Notes: generated by a model from the sequence alone, not told the origin. DNA of 64,000 nt from Chiloscyllium plagiosum (GCF_004010195.1 NC_057718.1:55675285-55739284), one strand, 5' to 3'; numbered from the stretch's first letter, positions 1 through 12,160 are shown. Program-made: numbers and translations.

Positions 1-99
1 GGATGACCAAGACATAAGCTGATGTCAATCGTTAATGCGTTGTAAGAATATCAAGAATGGATAGTAAATATGTAAACACTATTTAGGCATTCCAGAGAT

Positions 100-490
100 T
101 AACTTTTAATTTTGTCCCTTGTTACTCATACACTCCTCAGCAGAAAGTCTTTCTTGGTCCTCTCATATGTTGTTGGTTCCAATGTGGACCATGAAAGGCA
201 GATTCTTCCCCTCCTGTTCCAAGTTCAATTCCAGGCTTGAGGAGATCTTCATAATCCTGGTAATGGACAAGCAACATTGCCATTTGGGACTTGTGTGTTC
301 TGCTGCAAAGAACAATGTCTGTCTGTTTAACTATACTGTCCTTCATTATTGCATCAAGTTAACTTTTTTTCCATCTCCCACAAAAAACCTTGAATATCCC
401 TGGATTGTTAAACTGTGGTCAGTTTACATCTCTTCCCTTCAGTTGCTAGTCTTGTCTACACAAGCTGACTAAAGTTGAATCTGCTGGACA
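100..490 (-). mobile_element. Degraded CR1-like LINE endonuclease-region fragment
   Basis: Resembles the ORF2 N-terminal regions at 6230-6600 and 28150-28850 (ttgaatatccctgg..., catgaaaggcagattc); heavily decayed. Confidence 0.4.
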
Positions 491-506
491 ATGCAGGCGT
501 TAAGAT

Positions 507-722
507 TCGAGTGTGTGGTGCTAGAAAAGCACAGCAGGTCAGGCAGCATCCGAGGAGCAGGAGAATCAAACTTACAGGCAAGAGCGGCCTCATTTCTGAT
601 GAAGGATTCTTGCCCGAAATGTCAATTCTCCTGCTTCTCTGATGCTGCCTAACCTGCTGTGCTTTTCTAGCACCACACTCTCAACTCTGATCTCCAGCAT
701 CTGCAGTTCTCACTTTCTCCTC
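507..722. mobile_element. PLE inverted pseudo-LTR insertion, family A
   Basis: gagtgtgtggtgctagaaaagcacagcagg... arm and its reverse complement plus tail ...ctcactttctcc; degenerate flanking duplication atgcaggcgttaaga / atgcaggggctaaga; decayed CTGATGA..GAAA motif at ~596-625. Confidence 0.75.
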
Positions 723-1084
723 ATGCAGGGGCTAAGACTGTTTCAACCTTATAGACTCCCAGACCTGCAATGCCTATATTCTCATCCTCCTGGCTTTGGT
801 TCTAGGCCAAATCTATATTACCATACCTAGAGATGTAAATGCCTTCTGGAGTAAAATGCCCAGGTAATTTCCTCCCTTGCCTGTTTGAAGGTTGGGTTCT
901 TGCTCATCACCTCCTAAATTGATATTTGTTAAGCAGCAGACAGTTAACACAGGTATGATTACAATAGATTACTTGGGTGTTCACCACATTATAGTACTGT
1001 ACATCACTTGGCTATTATTTAATTGTTTTTATTTAAATATTTGCTTGGTCGTGTATAACTTAAACACTTAAAAAGAGTAAAGAA

Positions 1085-1575
1085 GTTGAAGCTTTTCATC
1101 TTACACTCATCAGAATTAAGATGAAAGAAACCAGATTTGAATAAATAACATTAATTTAAACAAAGTGAGGGGCTAATTGGGAGGGCCATTTTTGGCGCGG
1201 TGATGCAGCAGAAACAGTTAACTGTCAATCTTAATTCACAAACTATGCTATTGACTGTAATTTGTTTGGGAATTGCCATGGGAATGTAACAGAATTGAGA
1301 GATCCATGACAGCATTTCTTTTTGCTACCCCCATTTCTCCTTGCTACACCCACCTCCCACCCTCCAAACCTCCAATCAAAAGATGCAGTGTATATACAAA
1401 TTTGTTCTGCCTAAAACAGGGTCCTGTTTGATGATATATGTAGCTTCTAGTGACCACAAATGTATCACACTGTAAGTCCAGCTAATGGTCTCAGATTGGT
1501 TTTGTATTCTGATTTTTTTTTTTGGCACAGTCTGAATTATTTAAATGTTGTTCAGTAGCAGAATCTGATCTGATG
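1085..1575 (-). mobile_element. PLE 3' fragment (GIY-YIG C-terminus plus hammerhead-bearing end), separate old family
   Basis: Minus strand reads IRSDSATEQHLNNSDCAK...HLWSLEATYIIKQDPVL, like PLE endonuclease C-termini (SAIxxHL...LEAxxI...PxL), followed by CTGATGAgtgtaagatGAAAagcttc. Confidence 0.6.
1086..1115 (-). ncRNA. Minimal hammerhead ribozyme-like motif
   Basis: Reverse complement tt-CTGATGA-gtgtaagat-GAAA-agcttc-aa; palindromic AAGCTT stem III, UUC triplet; stems I and II weak. Confidence 0.5.
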
Positions 1576-1579
1576 TTGG

Positions 1580-1915
1580 TCTTAGTATTCTGAAGACCTC
1601 ACCATATAGTTGATGAATCATCTTCATTTTGAAATATCACCTTAAGGAAGCACTGAGGGACTCCAGTTGGAAGATTTCAATGTCCATCAAGAAGAATAAC
1701 TCAGAAGCATAACTACTGACCAAGTTCACTACACCCTAAAGGTTGTTTTTGTTAAGTGGGTCTGTGTCAGGTGGTGAGGGAACCAACAGAAGGTAAATAT
1801 CTCTTTGACCTCAATCTCACCAAGCTACCTGTTGCAGATGTGTCCTTTGATGACAGACCTTATCAGTACAAGTGATCACCACAGTCCTTTTGGTGATGTA
1901 ATCTGACTTCACAGT
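1580..1915 (+). mobile_element. Decayed CR1/L2-group LINE fragment (same family as 51365-55030)
   Basis: aggaagcactgagg..., gtggtgagggaaccaacagaagg, ctcaccaa..tacctg..gcagatg match 51670-51950. Confidence 0.55.
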
Positions 1916-1960
1916 CGACCTAAAGGCACAGGAGCAGGAGTTAGTCATTCAACTCATTGG

Positions 1961-2175
1961 GAGAAAGTGAGAACTGCAGATGCTGGAGATCAGAGCTGAA
2001 AATGTGTTGCTGGAAAAGCGCAGCAGGTCAGGCAGCATCCAAGGAGCAGGAGAATTGACGTTTCGGATATGAGCCCTTCTTCAGGAATGAAGAAGGGCTC
2101 ATGCCCGAAACATCGATTCTCCTGCTCCTTGGATGCTGCCTGACCGGCTGCGCTTTTCCAGCAACACATTTTCAG
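1961..2175. mobile_element. PLE inverted pseudo-LTR insertion, family A
   Basis: Perfect TSD cattcaactcattgg (1946-1960, 2176-2190); ~34 nt tail, then fold-back arms centred near 2087; hammerhead core on minus strand ~2056-2086. Confidence 0.88.
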
Positions 2176-2589
2176 CATTCAACTCATTGGGTCTGCTGTA
2201 ACATTCAATAAGATCATGGCTGATTTGAATCATTAACTCCACTTGCCTATTTATTCTCCATAACTCTTAATTCACTTACAGATTACAAATCTGTCTCTTG
2301 GCCTTTAACATAGTAAATGACCCATGATATTTAGCCCTCCACAATAACGAATTCACTACCCACTGAGATGAAATTTCTCCTCATCTCTATCCTAACTGGG
2401 CAATTCCTTACTCTGAGATTATGCCCTCTAGTACTAGATCTTCCAAAAAGGGAAACAACCTCTCTGCATCTACCCTGTCAAGCTTGCTAAGAATTTTTGT
2501 GCATTTCATTAAGGACTCTTCATTCTTCTTAACTTCAATGAGTACAATACAACTTACTCACCCTTTCATAATATTTGAATTCACATAAG

Positions 2590-2820
2590 AACAGATTCAA
2601 GAACAGCTTCTTCCCCCATTATCAGACTTTTGAATGGACTTCTCAAATGTTGATGTTGATCTCTCTCTCTCTCTGTGCATCTTTTCTGCTGCTATAACAT
2701 TGTATTCTGCACTCTGTTCTGCTACCCTGAAATACTTTGTATAGTGCAATCTGCCTGTATAGTATGCAAAACAACATTTTTCACTGTATCTCGGTACATT
2801 TACAATGATAAATCCAACTC
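2590..2820 (+). mobile_element. Rex1/Babar LINE 3' end
   Basis: agattcaagaacagcttcttccc..atcagacttttgaatggac..ttttcactgtatctcggtaca matches the 3' ends at 23880-24120 and 61880-62110. Confidence 0.65.
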
Positions 2821-2896
2821 AAACTCGTAAAGCAGTACCTCTGTACCTGTGTTCAACATGGTGAATCTTCTTTAGACTATCTCTAATGTCAACTAG

Positions 2897-3011
2897 GAGA
2901 AAGTGAGGACTGCAGATGCTGGAGATCAGAGCTGAAAAATGTGTTGCTGGAAAAGTGCAGCAGGTCAGGCAGCATCCAAGGAGCAGGAGAATCGATGTTA
3001 TGGGCATAAGC
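2897..3011 (-). mobile_element. Truncated solo PLE pseudo-LTR, family A
   Basis: Same sequence as 1961-2075 and 19975-20090. Confidence 0.8.
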
Positions 3012-6000
3012 CAGTACATCTTTCTTTGGATAAAGTCACAAATTGTTCAAAATTCCAGTTGTGGTTTAACCAGTGCCTTGTACAGATTTTTCATCCTTTT
3101 TTTAAAATACTCCAATTGCTTTGAAATACCAGACAACATTCCATTTGCCATCCCTATTACTTGCTGACTTTCTGTGCTTACATGTTGAGGTTTATGCATA
3201 AGGACTTCAAATTCCCTCTATGCTGCAACCTTTTACAATATACAGCTCTTCCATTCTTCCTGTCAAAAGTGCATAACCTCACATTTTCCCATGTTATATT
3301 CATCTGACAAGTTTTTGTCCACTTGTTTAATCTGCCTACATCTCTTTGTAGACTCTATTGTCCTCATAAATTGCCTTCCCACCTTTTTTTTAAATCCTTA
3401 ATTTGGTTATATAGTATTTTGACTTCCTTCATCCAAATCATTTATTTATATTATAAGTAATCAAGGCCCCAGCATTGATTCCCTGTGGTTCTCCAATAGT
3501 TACAGTCTACTAGCCTGAAAATGTCCCCTATTATTGCATCTCTTTGTCTTCTGTTAGTCAGCCAGTTCTCCATCCATGTTAATATACTATCAAACGCTTT
3601 CTAGAAATCCAAATATACCCACTGCTACCCTGCTTGTTGCTTATTAATTCTGCTTGTTAATTTCTCAAAGAATGGGCATTATTGCCCCCCACCCCCTTTT
3701 TGTTTGAAGCCATGCTGACTCTGCTTGGTTATATTACGTATTAATAAATGCTGTAACATTAGATTATTTTATCACAGACTCTAATATTCCCCAATTACAG
3801 ATATTTAGCATTTTACCTGTTTTTCATCTTTTTAATAAAGCTGTTGGAGGATTGAAAAACTGTCATTTTTCCAGAATCTGAATATTCTTGGTTGACTACA
3901 ACCAGTGCATCCATCATCTCTGCTACTGTTACTTATTAATATCCTAGAATGCATCCCATCAGATCCAGACAGCTTAACAGCCTTCAGCCTCATTAATTTC
4001 ACGAATGGTATATGTTCTATTTATTCCCCCCACCACACCTTTGTTTTTCCCATTTGATTTTGTATTGTTGGAATATTATTAGTATCTTTTCCTGTGAAGG
4101 TTGATGCAAAATATTTATTAAATTCCTCTGCCAGTTCTTGGTTCCCCATTATTATTTTCTTTCCCTCATTATCTAAGGATCTATGTTCATTTGAGCCTCT
4201 TTTTGATATATATGAAGTTCTTGCTGACTGTCTTGGTATTACTTGAAAATTTACTCTCAATGTTTGTTTTCTTCCGTTTTTTTGCTCATCTTTTTTTGGT
4301 TTTAAAACTCTCAATCCTCGAGCTTACCATTAATCTTTGATGCATTGCATTTTTTTTTACTTTCAATTGGTTGCTATCTTTGACTTCCATGGTTGGCTTA
4401 TTCCTTTCCTCAAATCCTTCTTTCTTAGTGGAATATATCTTTATGGGCCAAGACCTATTTTCTTCAACTATCTTTGCTACTAAGCTTCTTTCCATTCAAC
4501 TCCAGCTAACTCCACCATTATTCCTTTATAATTACCCTTATTTTGTTTAGTTGGATCTTTGACTCTGAAATCTCTATTAAACCTGCCTCCTTGCACATCA
4601 CTAGGTCCAAAATAACTTGATCTACATTGTTCTAAGAAACTGTCTGGAACACCATTGAATTCTTCCTTTGCCAATGCAAGGAAACGCTACCTCTGCCAAT
4701 TTAACTTGCCCAATCTACATGACGATTAAAGTCACCAAACAAACGTTCATTTCAGGTTTTGTTGTGTTGGAGAGGGATCTTAAAGAGTGGTTTGAGTCCC
4801 GTATACAGAAGCAAAAACTGATCTTTATTCTGAGCTCCTTGTTTATTATAGTGTGGAAGAAGTCTCTAGGATTTTTCCAATAAAGTATAAGATATTTATA
4901 CATATCGTGTTACAATGGTTATGTACAATATTGACATCAGTGCTTGCCACGTCTTCTCTGGCCTAAACATTGAATCCTGTGAATACACGTTCACTCATGG
5001 ACAGCTTTTTGGTCAACCCTAGGTCCTTCCATCATTGCCAGACTCCTTGGGCTCTTACAATATATTGTATTGACTACATTTTAAACACTAGTTGGTTTGT
5101 TCCTTCCCAGACATCTGCCTGGGACATATATTTGCTTATTACTAATGACTTTTTAAATTCTGTTCGCAATTTATAATTCTGGGTAACCTTAGTTCAGAAG
5201 ATTAGAAAAGGATGTTAATTTTGATCAATTGTTATAAAAGTTTGTAACATTAACTCTAATATAATGTTATTTATAAAGTTACACCTTATATTACAATCTT
5301 GTGACAAAGTTGACAATTTTGGAAGCAGCTTCCCTCTTACCCAACTTTAAAAATTCAAACACAGTTTCTCTGAGCAGCTGCCATTTACAACTTCTTCTGT
5401 TTGTATCCTGCAAAATGTTCTAAAACAGATGTTTGATACTAGAATGGATTTATTATCATACCTTTAAACACTTTTCATACTAACTGTCTTTACTATTCAA
5501 ATCCAAATGAAATTTATCACTTTTACAGCTTTAGCAAATCATTTTTTAAATAAAGCTTATTTAGATGCTTTAAGGTTCATGGGGACATGGCCTCTTCCTC
5601 TCCCTTCTCTTATCATTTTTCTCTGCCAATCTTCCCTTGTACTTTAGGCTGTTTGTTAGAAAACGGCTATTATTTATTTTCTCAAGGTCATGGTGACTGT
5701 ATTTCCCAATTTTTTCAGCCCCCCTTTGTCTCTTGGTACTCTTACTAGATTTTGTTCTAACCTTCCTGATGGAATAAAGGTTTCTCCAAGGGTGTATATC
5801 GATACTAGTATCTGCATCCAAGGCTGACTGCCAACAGAAGTCTAATTAAATTTACCAATGTCTAATACATTCAAACTACTATTATTGTATGAATATATGT
5901 GTCTACTCTAAAATGTAATTATAATTATTTAAAATGCCTCATTTAAGGTAGGTCAAGCTTTCCCTTTCCATTTCATAATAAAATAGGACATTTAAAATCA

Positions 6001-6229
6001 GATGGTTTTCATCTGAGCTGCCTTATCAGAGCCTTACTGTCTGCATTCTAGCTCTATCTTACTAAGACTCAGAGGCATTTTGTTGTTTGTCAGTGAAGTC
6101 CATGATTTGAGCTCTATAAATGCTGCATCAGCTACAATTTCTTTGACCATCTCATGTCAGTTTGAAACAAACACCACAAGAGGCCATTTTGTTACATTCA
6201 GCCATGGTCAGATGTAACGTGTCCGACCC

Positions 6230-6600
6230 TACAGTTACTGTTAGAGTCCCTTATACATGACTCCTACCAGTGTCTTTTTGCTCTTGCTATTTCTTATCTC
6301 CATCCACATGGATTCTAAACCATCTCATAGAGTCATCTAGTCCAAAATCGTTTCTTGCTATCAATTATTACATCTAATATTAACAAAGCTGCCCCAACAC
6401 CTTTCCTTCATACCTGCCCTTTTTAAAAAGTCATATACCCCTGAATATTTTACCCCCTGTTTTGATCTCCTTTGTAACCATGTCTATAAAGGCTACAAGA
6501 TCATATCCATTTACCTCTCTTTGTGCTATTAATCAGTTTATTCTAAATACTACATGCATTCGAGTAAAGAACCATTATTTTTTGCTGTTTTACCATTTTT
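6230..6600 (-). mobile_element. CR1 endonuclease N-terminal fragment, likely continuation of the 1925-4737 element
   Basis: Minus strand resembles YxNAxSI...GYDLVA.ETWLQGDQ of CR1 ORF2. Confidence 0.55.
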
Positions 6601-6859
6601 ACTGAATTGCTGCTATGTTTGCACCATTTGTCCCCTATTGTCCCATTCTGGACACCACTGAGAATATTGTCAATCATTTAATGTAGCATTAGCATGCTAA
6701 ATTTGGAAAATTCACATAGTTTTGCAATTCAAAGCAGATATCCGTGAACCACTGTCAGCCATAATTGTGTTCAATCACAATCTGTAATCCCAAAACCCAG
6801 CATATCCCCTGCTCTACCATGACAAGCAAAAGCCAAAGTATCAATTCTGATTCAAAAAA

Positions 6860-7470
6860 GTGAGCAGGAAGGCATGAAAGGAGCAGCACCAAGCAACCTG
6901 GTGAAGATATATCACAGAACTAGTTACATGCCAAGCAGCATTCAATAGACAGGCTAAGTGGCTCCACAAACCAACAGGTCAGAGTCTGCATTCCTGACAT
7001 ATCAACATAGTTGTGAATGTTGATGGACAATGGAAGAACAAACAGGATGAGAATTTCCACAATATGATTTTCAATGATGTGAGCCCAGCAAATCAGAAGG
7101 GATGGGTAATAAATGCTAGTCTAGCCATTGATGCCCATATGCCATAAGCCACATACTGGCAAATCCTGTCTTGATGTCAAGGACTGCTGCATTCATCGTG
7201 TATTTCTCCTGGAATTCAGCACTTTTGTTCATGTTTAGACGAAGACTGTAATCCTTTCAGGATCTGAGTGCCCTACCAAAAATCAAACTGGGCATTCCTT
7301 ACCATGTTTTGCTAGTTAAATACTGCTTAATAGCACTATCAATGACACCCTCCATTACTTTACTGATGGCTGAGATTAAACTGGGTCTGTTACAAGCCAG
7401 ATTGTTTCTTGTGGTAAGTCTTCAGCACTAAAGCTGGGATGTTGTCAGAGGCCACTCCTGAGACAAGCAT
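6860..7470. mobile_element. Decayed fragments of the CR1/L2-group LINE family
   Basis: caacctggtgaag..catgccaa..cagca and 3' end gggatgggtaataaatgctagtctagcc..gatgcccat match 52200-52600 and 43545-43590. Confidence 0.55.
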
Positions 7471-7549
7471 TCAGAAATAGGATTGACCAAGGTTATTTAA
7501 AGACTCACCATCTGAAGTCATTTTGACTTAATCATGCACAGCAAAGTTA

Positions 7550-7655
7550 GTTGAGGGCTCTTGTGGTACAGTGGTACTGATTTTATCTCTGAGTTATGAG
7601 ACCGGGTTTCAAGTCCCCCTGTCATAACATCGCTGAACAGGTTGATTTTAAAATA
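7550..7655 (+). mobile_element. Short tRNA-derived SINE-like element
   Basis: A box-like tggtacagtgg and B box-like ggtttcaagtcc; related reversed copy at ~11850-11925. Confidence 0.5.
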
Positions 7656-7791
7656 TCCACAGTCACATTGTTTGAAGCTAATGCTGAGTTTCTGGAGACA
7701 TTTGGAGGCTTCCGTTGACCACAAAGAGGTAAATTATGACATTGCCTAAATTTAGGATGCACGTTTGCTCACTGAGCTGTAGGTTTGATAT

Positions 7792-7831
7792 CCAGACGTT
7801 TCATTATCTGGCTAGGTAACATCATCAGTGG
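7792..7831 (-). ncRNA. Minimal type I hammerhead ribozyme motif
   Basis: Reverse complement cca-CTGATGA-t-gttacc-tagcca-gataat-GAAA-c-GTC-tgg. Confidence 0.75.
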
Positions 7832-8546
7832 CGACCTCCAAGTGAAGCGAAGCTGTTGTCTCCTGCTTTCTATTTATATCTTTCTCCTGGATGGGGTTCC
7901 TGGGGTTTGTGGTGATGTTATTTCCTGTTCGTTTTTTGAGGGGTTGATAGATGGCATCTAGATCTATGTGTTTGTTTATGGAGTCTGGCATGTCTTTGCT
8001 TAGCCTGTGGTGGGTTTTTTCATCCGTGTGTAGGGCTACGAGGGAGAGAGGGTCGTGTCTTTTTGTGGCTAGCTGGTGTTCGTGTATCCTGGTGGCTAAC
8101 TTTCTTCCTGTTTGTCCTAGGTAGTGTTTGTGGCAGTCCTTGCATGGAATTTTGTAGATGATGTTGGTGTTGTCCATGGGTTGTACTGGGTCTTTTAAGT
8201 TTGTTAGTTTTTGTTTGAGAGTGTTGGTGGGTTTGTGTGCTACTAGGATTCCAAGGGATCTTATTAGCCTGGCTGTCATTTCTGAAACTTCTTTGATGTA
8301 TGTCCCATTTCGACTGGGACAACACATCTATCCTGGGACAGACTAAGCAAAGACATGCCGGAGAATTCCTAGAGGCCTGGCACTCCAACCACAACGCCAT
8401 AAACAAACACATAGATCTAGATGCCATCTATCAACCCCTCAGAAAACGAACAGGAAATGACATCACCACAAACCCCAGGAACCCCATCCAGGAGAAAGAT
8501 GTAAATAGAAAGCAGGATACAACAGCTTTGCTTCACTTGGAGGTCG

Positions 8547-8586
8547 TCACTGATGATGTTACCTAGCCAGATAATGAAACGTCTGA
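8547..8586 (+). ncRNA. Minimal type I hammerhead ribozyme motif (sense to EML6)
   Basis: tca-CTGATGA-t-gttacc-tagcca-gataat-GAAA-c-GTC-tga; predicted cleavage after 8583. Confidence 0.75.
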
Positions 8587-9727
8587 ATATCAAGCCTATA
8601 GCTCAGCAAACAAACCTACACCCTAAACCTCAACCTGAGCTACAAACCTTCACAAACCTTGCAAAAAATTGCCTAAATGATGACATTGCTTCCCATAGTT
8701 ATGAGGATGGTAGTTGCACTCCCATATCTGTTAAACCTCAGCAGGATGTGCTGAGCAGGCAGTTGTAAATGGAATTTCTTGTGTATTGAGCGGAGAATAA
8801 GGTTTCTTTTTAAAAAGGTACTCCCCTGAGATGCTCTTCTCACATTATCAGCATGTGCTGATGTTAATGCATGAGGAGAAATGCCTTTAGAGCCTTCATT
8901 AAAGAGGTGGTGACACCTCCTTGGAGCTGCAAATCAAGGCTGGGATTTCCTTCCCAGTGGCTGGGGGGTTCACCATCATCTCTTCTCTGCAATGGTAGTC
9001 CTTTTCAGCTGAGAGCAATGTGTTGTAATTTACAGTTCAGGACTATCTAGGAATGATAAAGGTATTCAACAGGAGAAGAGACATTCTCCTTTTCTGTTTA
9101 AGGAGGGATGACCAAGATGAAAGAATGCATGTGTTCATCAGGATGGCATTCTTCTGGATGGTTTTGAGCACCATTAAATTCATGTAAATTTGGCTTTTTG
9201 GGATACCATTCAAGGAGGAGCATTATCAAATTATCTGGAATATGTTTTCATACCACAGGTCATCCACCTTCTATCTACAGACATTTCTGCATTTTCTTCA
9301 GTGTTCACTCACTTTCCTAGTGGGAGATTCTTTTCAGCTGCTTCAATGCAGCAACAGTTTCTGTTCTCTGTCCTTAATACTGGGGTGGATTTCATGATCC
9401 AGATAATCTGCAGATGGTTTACATAGCTGTATTGTTAGGGTTCAGTTACGCCAAAAGTGCATTTTCGATATATTCTTTGGTAGTCAATGATGTTTATAAT
9501 GGGAAAGTGGAGAAGTTATTAGAAAACTACAAGTGCCATCCACAGAACCGTCAGTCTGTTATCACTGATTTTTTAATCAAGGAGCTCCTCCATTTAGAGG
9601 TATAGTCAGGGACAGAAACATTAACTGAGTGATGTCAGATTTGCTATCAATGATATACTGTACTCAATTTCCTTTTCCATGGGGCATCTATACAACACAT
9701 GTGACCACTTATCACACTGAGAAGTAT

Positions 9728-9917
9728 GTTGAAACTTTATTGCTGGAACAGCACAGCAGGTCAGGCAGCATCCAGGGAACAGGAGATTCGATGTTTCGGG
9801 CACAGGCCCTTCTGCCCGAAACGTCGAATCTCCTGTTCCCTGGATGCTGCCTGACCTGCTGTGCTGTTCCAGCAATAAAGTTTCAACTTTGATCTCCAGC
9901 ATCTGCAGACCTCACTT
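9728..9917. mobile_element. PLE inverted pseudo-LTR insertion, family A variant
   Basis: ~75 bp near-perfect inverted arms (9728-9887) plus tail; TSD tcacac(t/c)gagaagtat at 9712-9727 and 9918-9933. Confidence 0.88.
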
Positions 9918-11319
9918 TCACACCGAGAAGTATAACATGAACAGTAAATCTAGAACTGAAGACCTCCTATCTTGACAGATAACGATTATCTAGTACATGA
10001 ACAAACAGGCTCTGAATAGCTCAGGCAGATTATAAACTAACTTCTGGTGCCTGAATCACAAAATGACCCTTGCAACAAACTTTCATCCTGACAATTTAAC
10101 AGGCAGTTGTCAGTTCAACTATATCAAGATATTCTATGGGTAGACTTCTGCATCACTACCTAGCATGTTACCATCTACTTTTTCAGTACGTTAAGAATTT
10201 CAGATTAGAAGCTGAATGACATTATCCTAAAAAATAAATTATATGTGATTCCTCCACTTCCCCTAATCCATTAGGGCAGCAAATGCAGTAGCAGGTATTG
10301 CCCATAGGTGTGCTAAACATCCCATAACAGATGCAGCTGGGAGGCCCTGTTTATATTTTCTTGCCAGATGAATATAATTTAAGATCAGAGAGCACCTAGA
10401 CTACTACTTGCTCACCCTTTTGGTTCATGGGATGGAAACTTTTCCCCTAGCAACCATCCTTCTTACTTCTGTTTTTCCATTTAATCAATTTACTTCTACA
10501 CACCAGTATTATGAAAACATCTGCTGGTGCCCAAAATCTCCCCTACAGAACTCCAAGTATTTCCATCATGTGTTTTATGCATTGGGAAAAGCATTTTTAA
10601 AATTGAAATGGGATGACTTCACATTCTGATTGTAAATTAATTCCTCAATAAATGCAAGTGTTATTTCTGAACTAGTGGTCCTAGCACTGAATCCAGAATC
10701 ACATTATCTACTTTTAATGCCATTGCAAGAGAAGAAAACATATGGAACAAATCTACATCTGAGCTTTTTAGATGGTTTTATAAACTGTGGTTCTTTGATA
10801 TCCTGAAATTAAACAATTTTAATTTATACAAAGGAGAAATCTCTCCAAACTGAGAGGTTACATTGTACATCATGTTTTAACAGATTTCAGATTAAGGTGT
10901 TTATTTGACCATAATACCATCATTTGCACAGGATATCAATTGGTTTGGATTTTGCAGTCAGCAGAAATGAATAATCCATAATACTTAGACTTGCTTAATA
11001 CTTATTGCAGACTTTGGGCACTAGTACATGTGATTATTAGGGACCTAAAGGAGTCTGGCACCTCCTCTATAGGTGACCTGGGACCTACGTGTATAGGGCA
11101 AACAGTTGTTTATCTACTTTTACCATTCAGATTAAAAATTAGAATCAGTGACTAACCAAACATGTGTTTGGAACATTTAATTCACTGACAATATACAGAA
11201 AGACAAATGAGGAAAGAAAGACAGGATTAAGAAATTAATAACTGGATGGTTGGAAAAATATTGTCTGGTTCATTCCTTCAGTGAGTATTGATAGAAATAA
11301 CAGTGAAGCTGTTGCAAAC

Positions 11320-12160
11320 TCTAAACCAATATAACCTGTAAGTGTGAATCCTTTCCCACATTATAGTCCATCTGCTAAATATTTGCCCACTCCCTTCACC
11401 TATTTATTTCCAATATTCACTTCACAACTTGCCTTCATTTCTATGTCATCAGCAAATTTACCAATCTTACATACAGCCCTTTCATCTACCTGTTGATGGA
11501 GAATGTAACTATTTGAGGCTCCAACAATGATGCACTTGTTAATCTTGCCAACTCAAAAAAAAGTATGCCTTTTCTATCTTTTCTTTTAGCTAACCAATCC
11601 TTTATCCATTTGAATACAATACTGCCTATATAATGAGCTCTTTTTCTAGGTAGTTACCTTTTGTTGTGGGATGTTATTAAATGCCTTCTGAAAATCTAAA
11701 AGCACCACATCCACAGAGTTTCTAAGTCTCTGCTATAATGTCCTTAATAGATTCTAGCATTTCCATTTTAATAAATGTGGACCAACTAGCCTGTAATGTC
11801 TTATTTTTGGAGTATCCTCTTGAATAGAGGATTTACAAAAAAAGTAGCAATCCATTTGGACATGTTGTGGCACACCTCTAGCAGGTGAGACTTGAACACT
11901 GATATTCTAGCCCAGAGATAGAGACAAATCAAGATGCATTTCAATTCCGATCTTAGCCTGTTAGTAAATTAGAACTCTCAACATATGTTATCCCTTGTTA
12001 TTACTGACTTTGCATTCTCTATTTCCAGTCTGATGTGACCTTTCCAGAATCTAAGGAATTTTGGAAAATGAAATGTTTATACAATCTCAGCTGCTTCTTT
12101 TAAGGTCCTAGAATGAAGTGCATTAACTCCTTGGACTTGTCAGCTGTTTGTTCCAGGCAT
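11320..12160 (-). mobile_element. Degraded CR1 LINE RT region
   Basis: atgtcatcagcaaattt (KFADD on minus strand) and aaatgccttctgaaaatctaa (LDFQKAF). Confidence 0.7.

Larger units (their letters stand above)
1925..4737 (-). mobile_element. Degraded CR1 LINE (3' end near 1925, ORF2 body), interrupted by PLE and Rex1 pieces
   Basis: Reversed CR1 3' end (ggagcaggag..cattcaa..agatcatggctgat) and ORF remnant IIMGNQELAEEFNKYFASTFT (4021-4314). Confidence 0.8.
7752..8667. mobile_element. Penelope/Poseidon-type PLE 3' fragment with inverted duplication
   Basis: Minus arm encodes GIY-YIG endonuclease NIIYKIPCKDCHKHYLGQTGRKLATRIHEH; plus arm HFDWDNTSILGQ..EFLEAWHS..INKHIDLD; TSD attgcctaaat (7741-7751, 8668-8678); no CxxxxCxxC linker. 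Confidence 0.9.

Noticed and set aside
1961..2175. Palindromic elements as MITEs or miRNA genes
   Set aside because: Variable TSD length, asymmetric tail, and the same sequence terminates the GIY-YIG-coding PLE at 17176-17903.
8700..10450. Possible third Harbinger relic
   Set aside because: Only vague motif hints; could not assemble ordered catalytic motifs.
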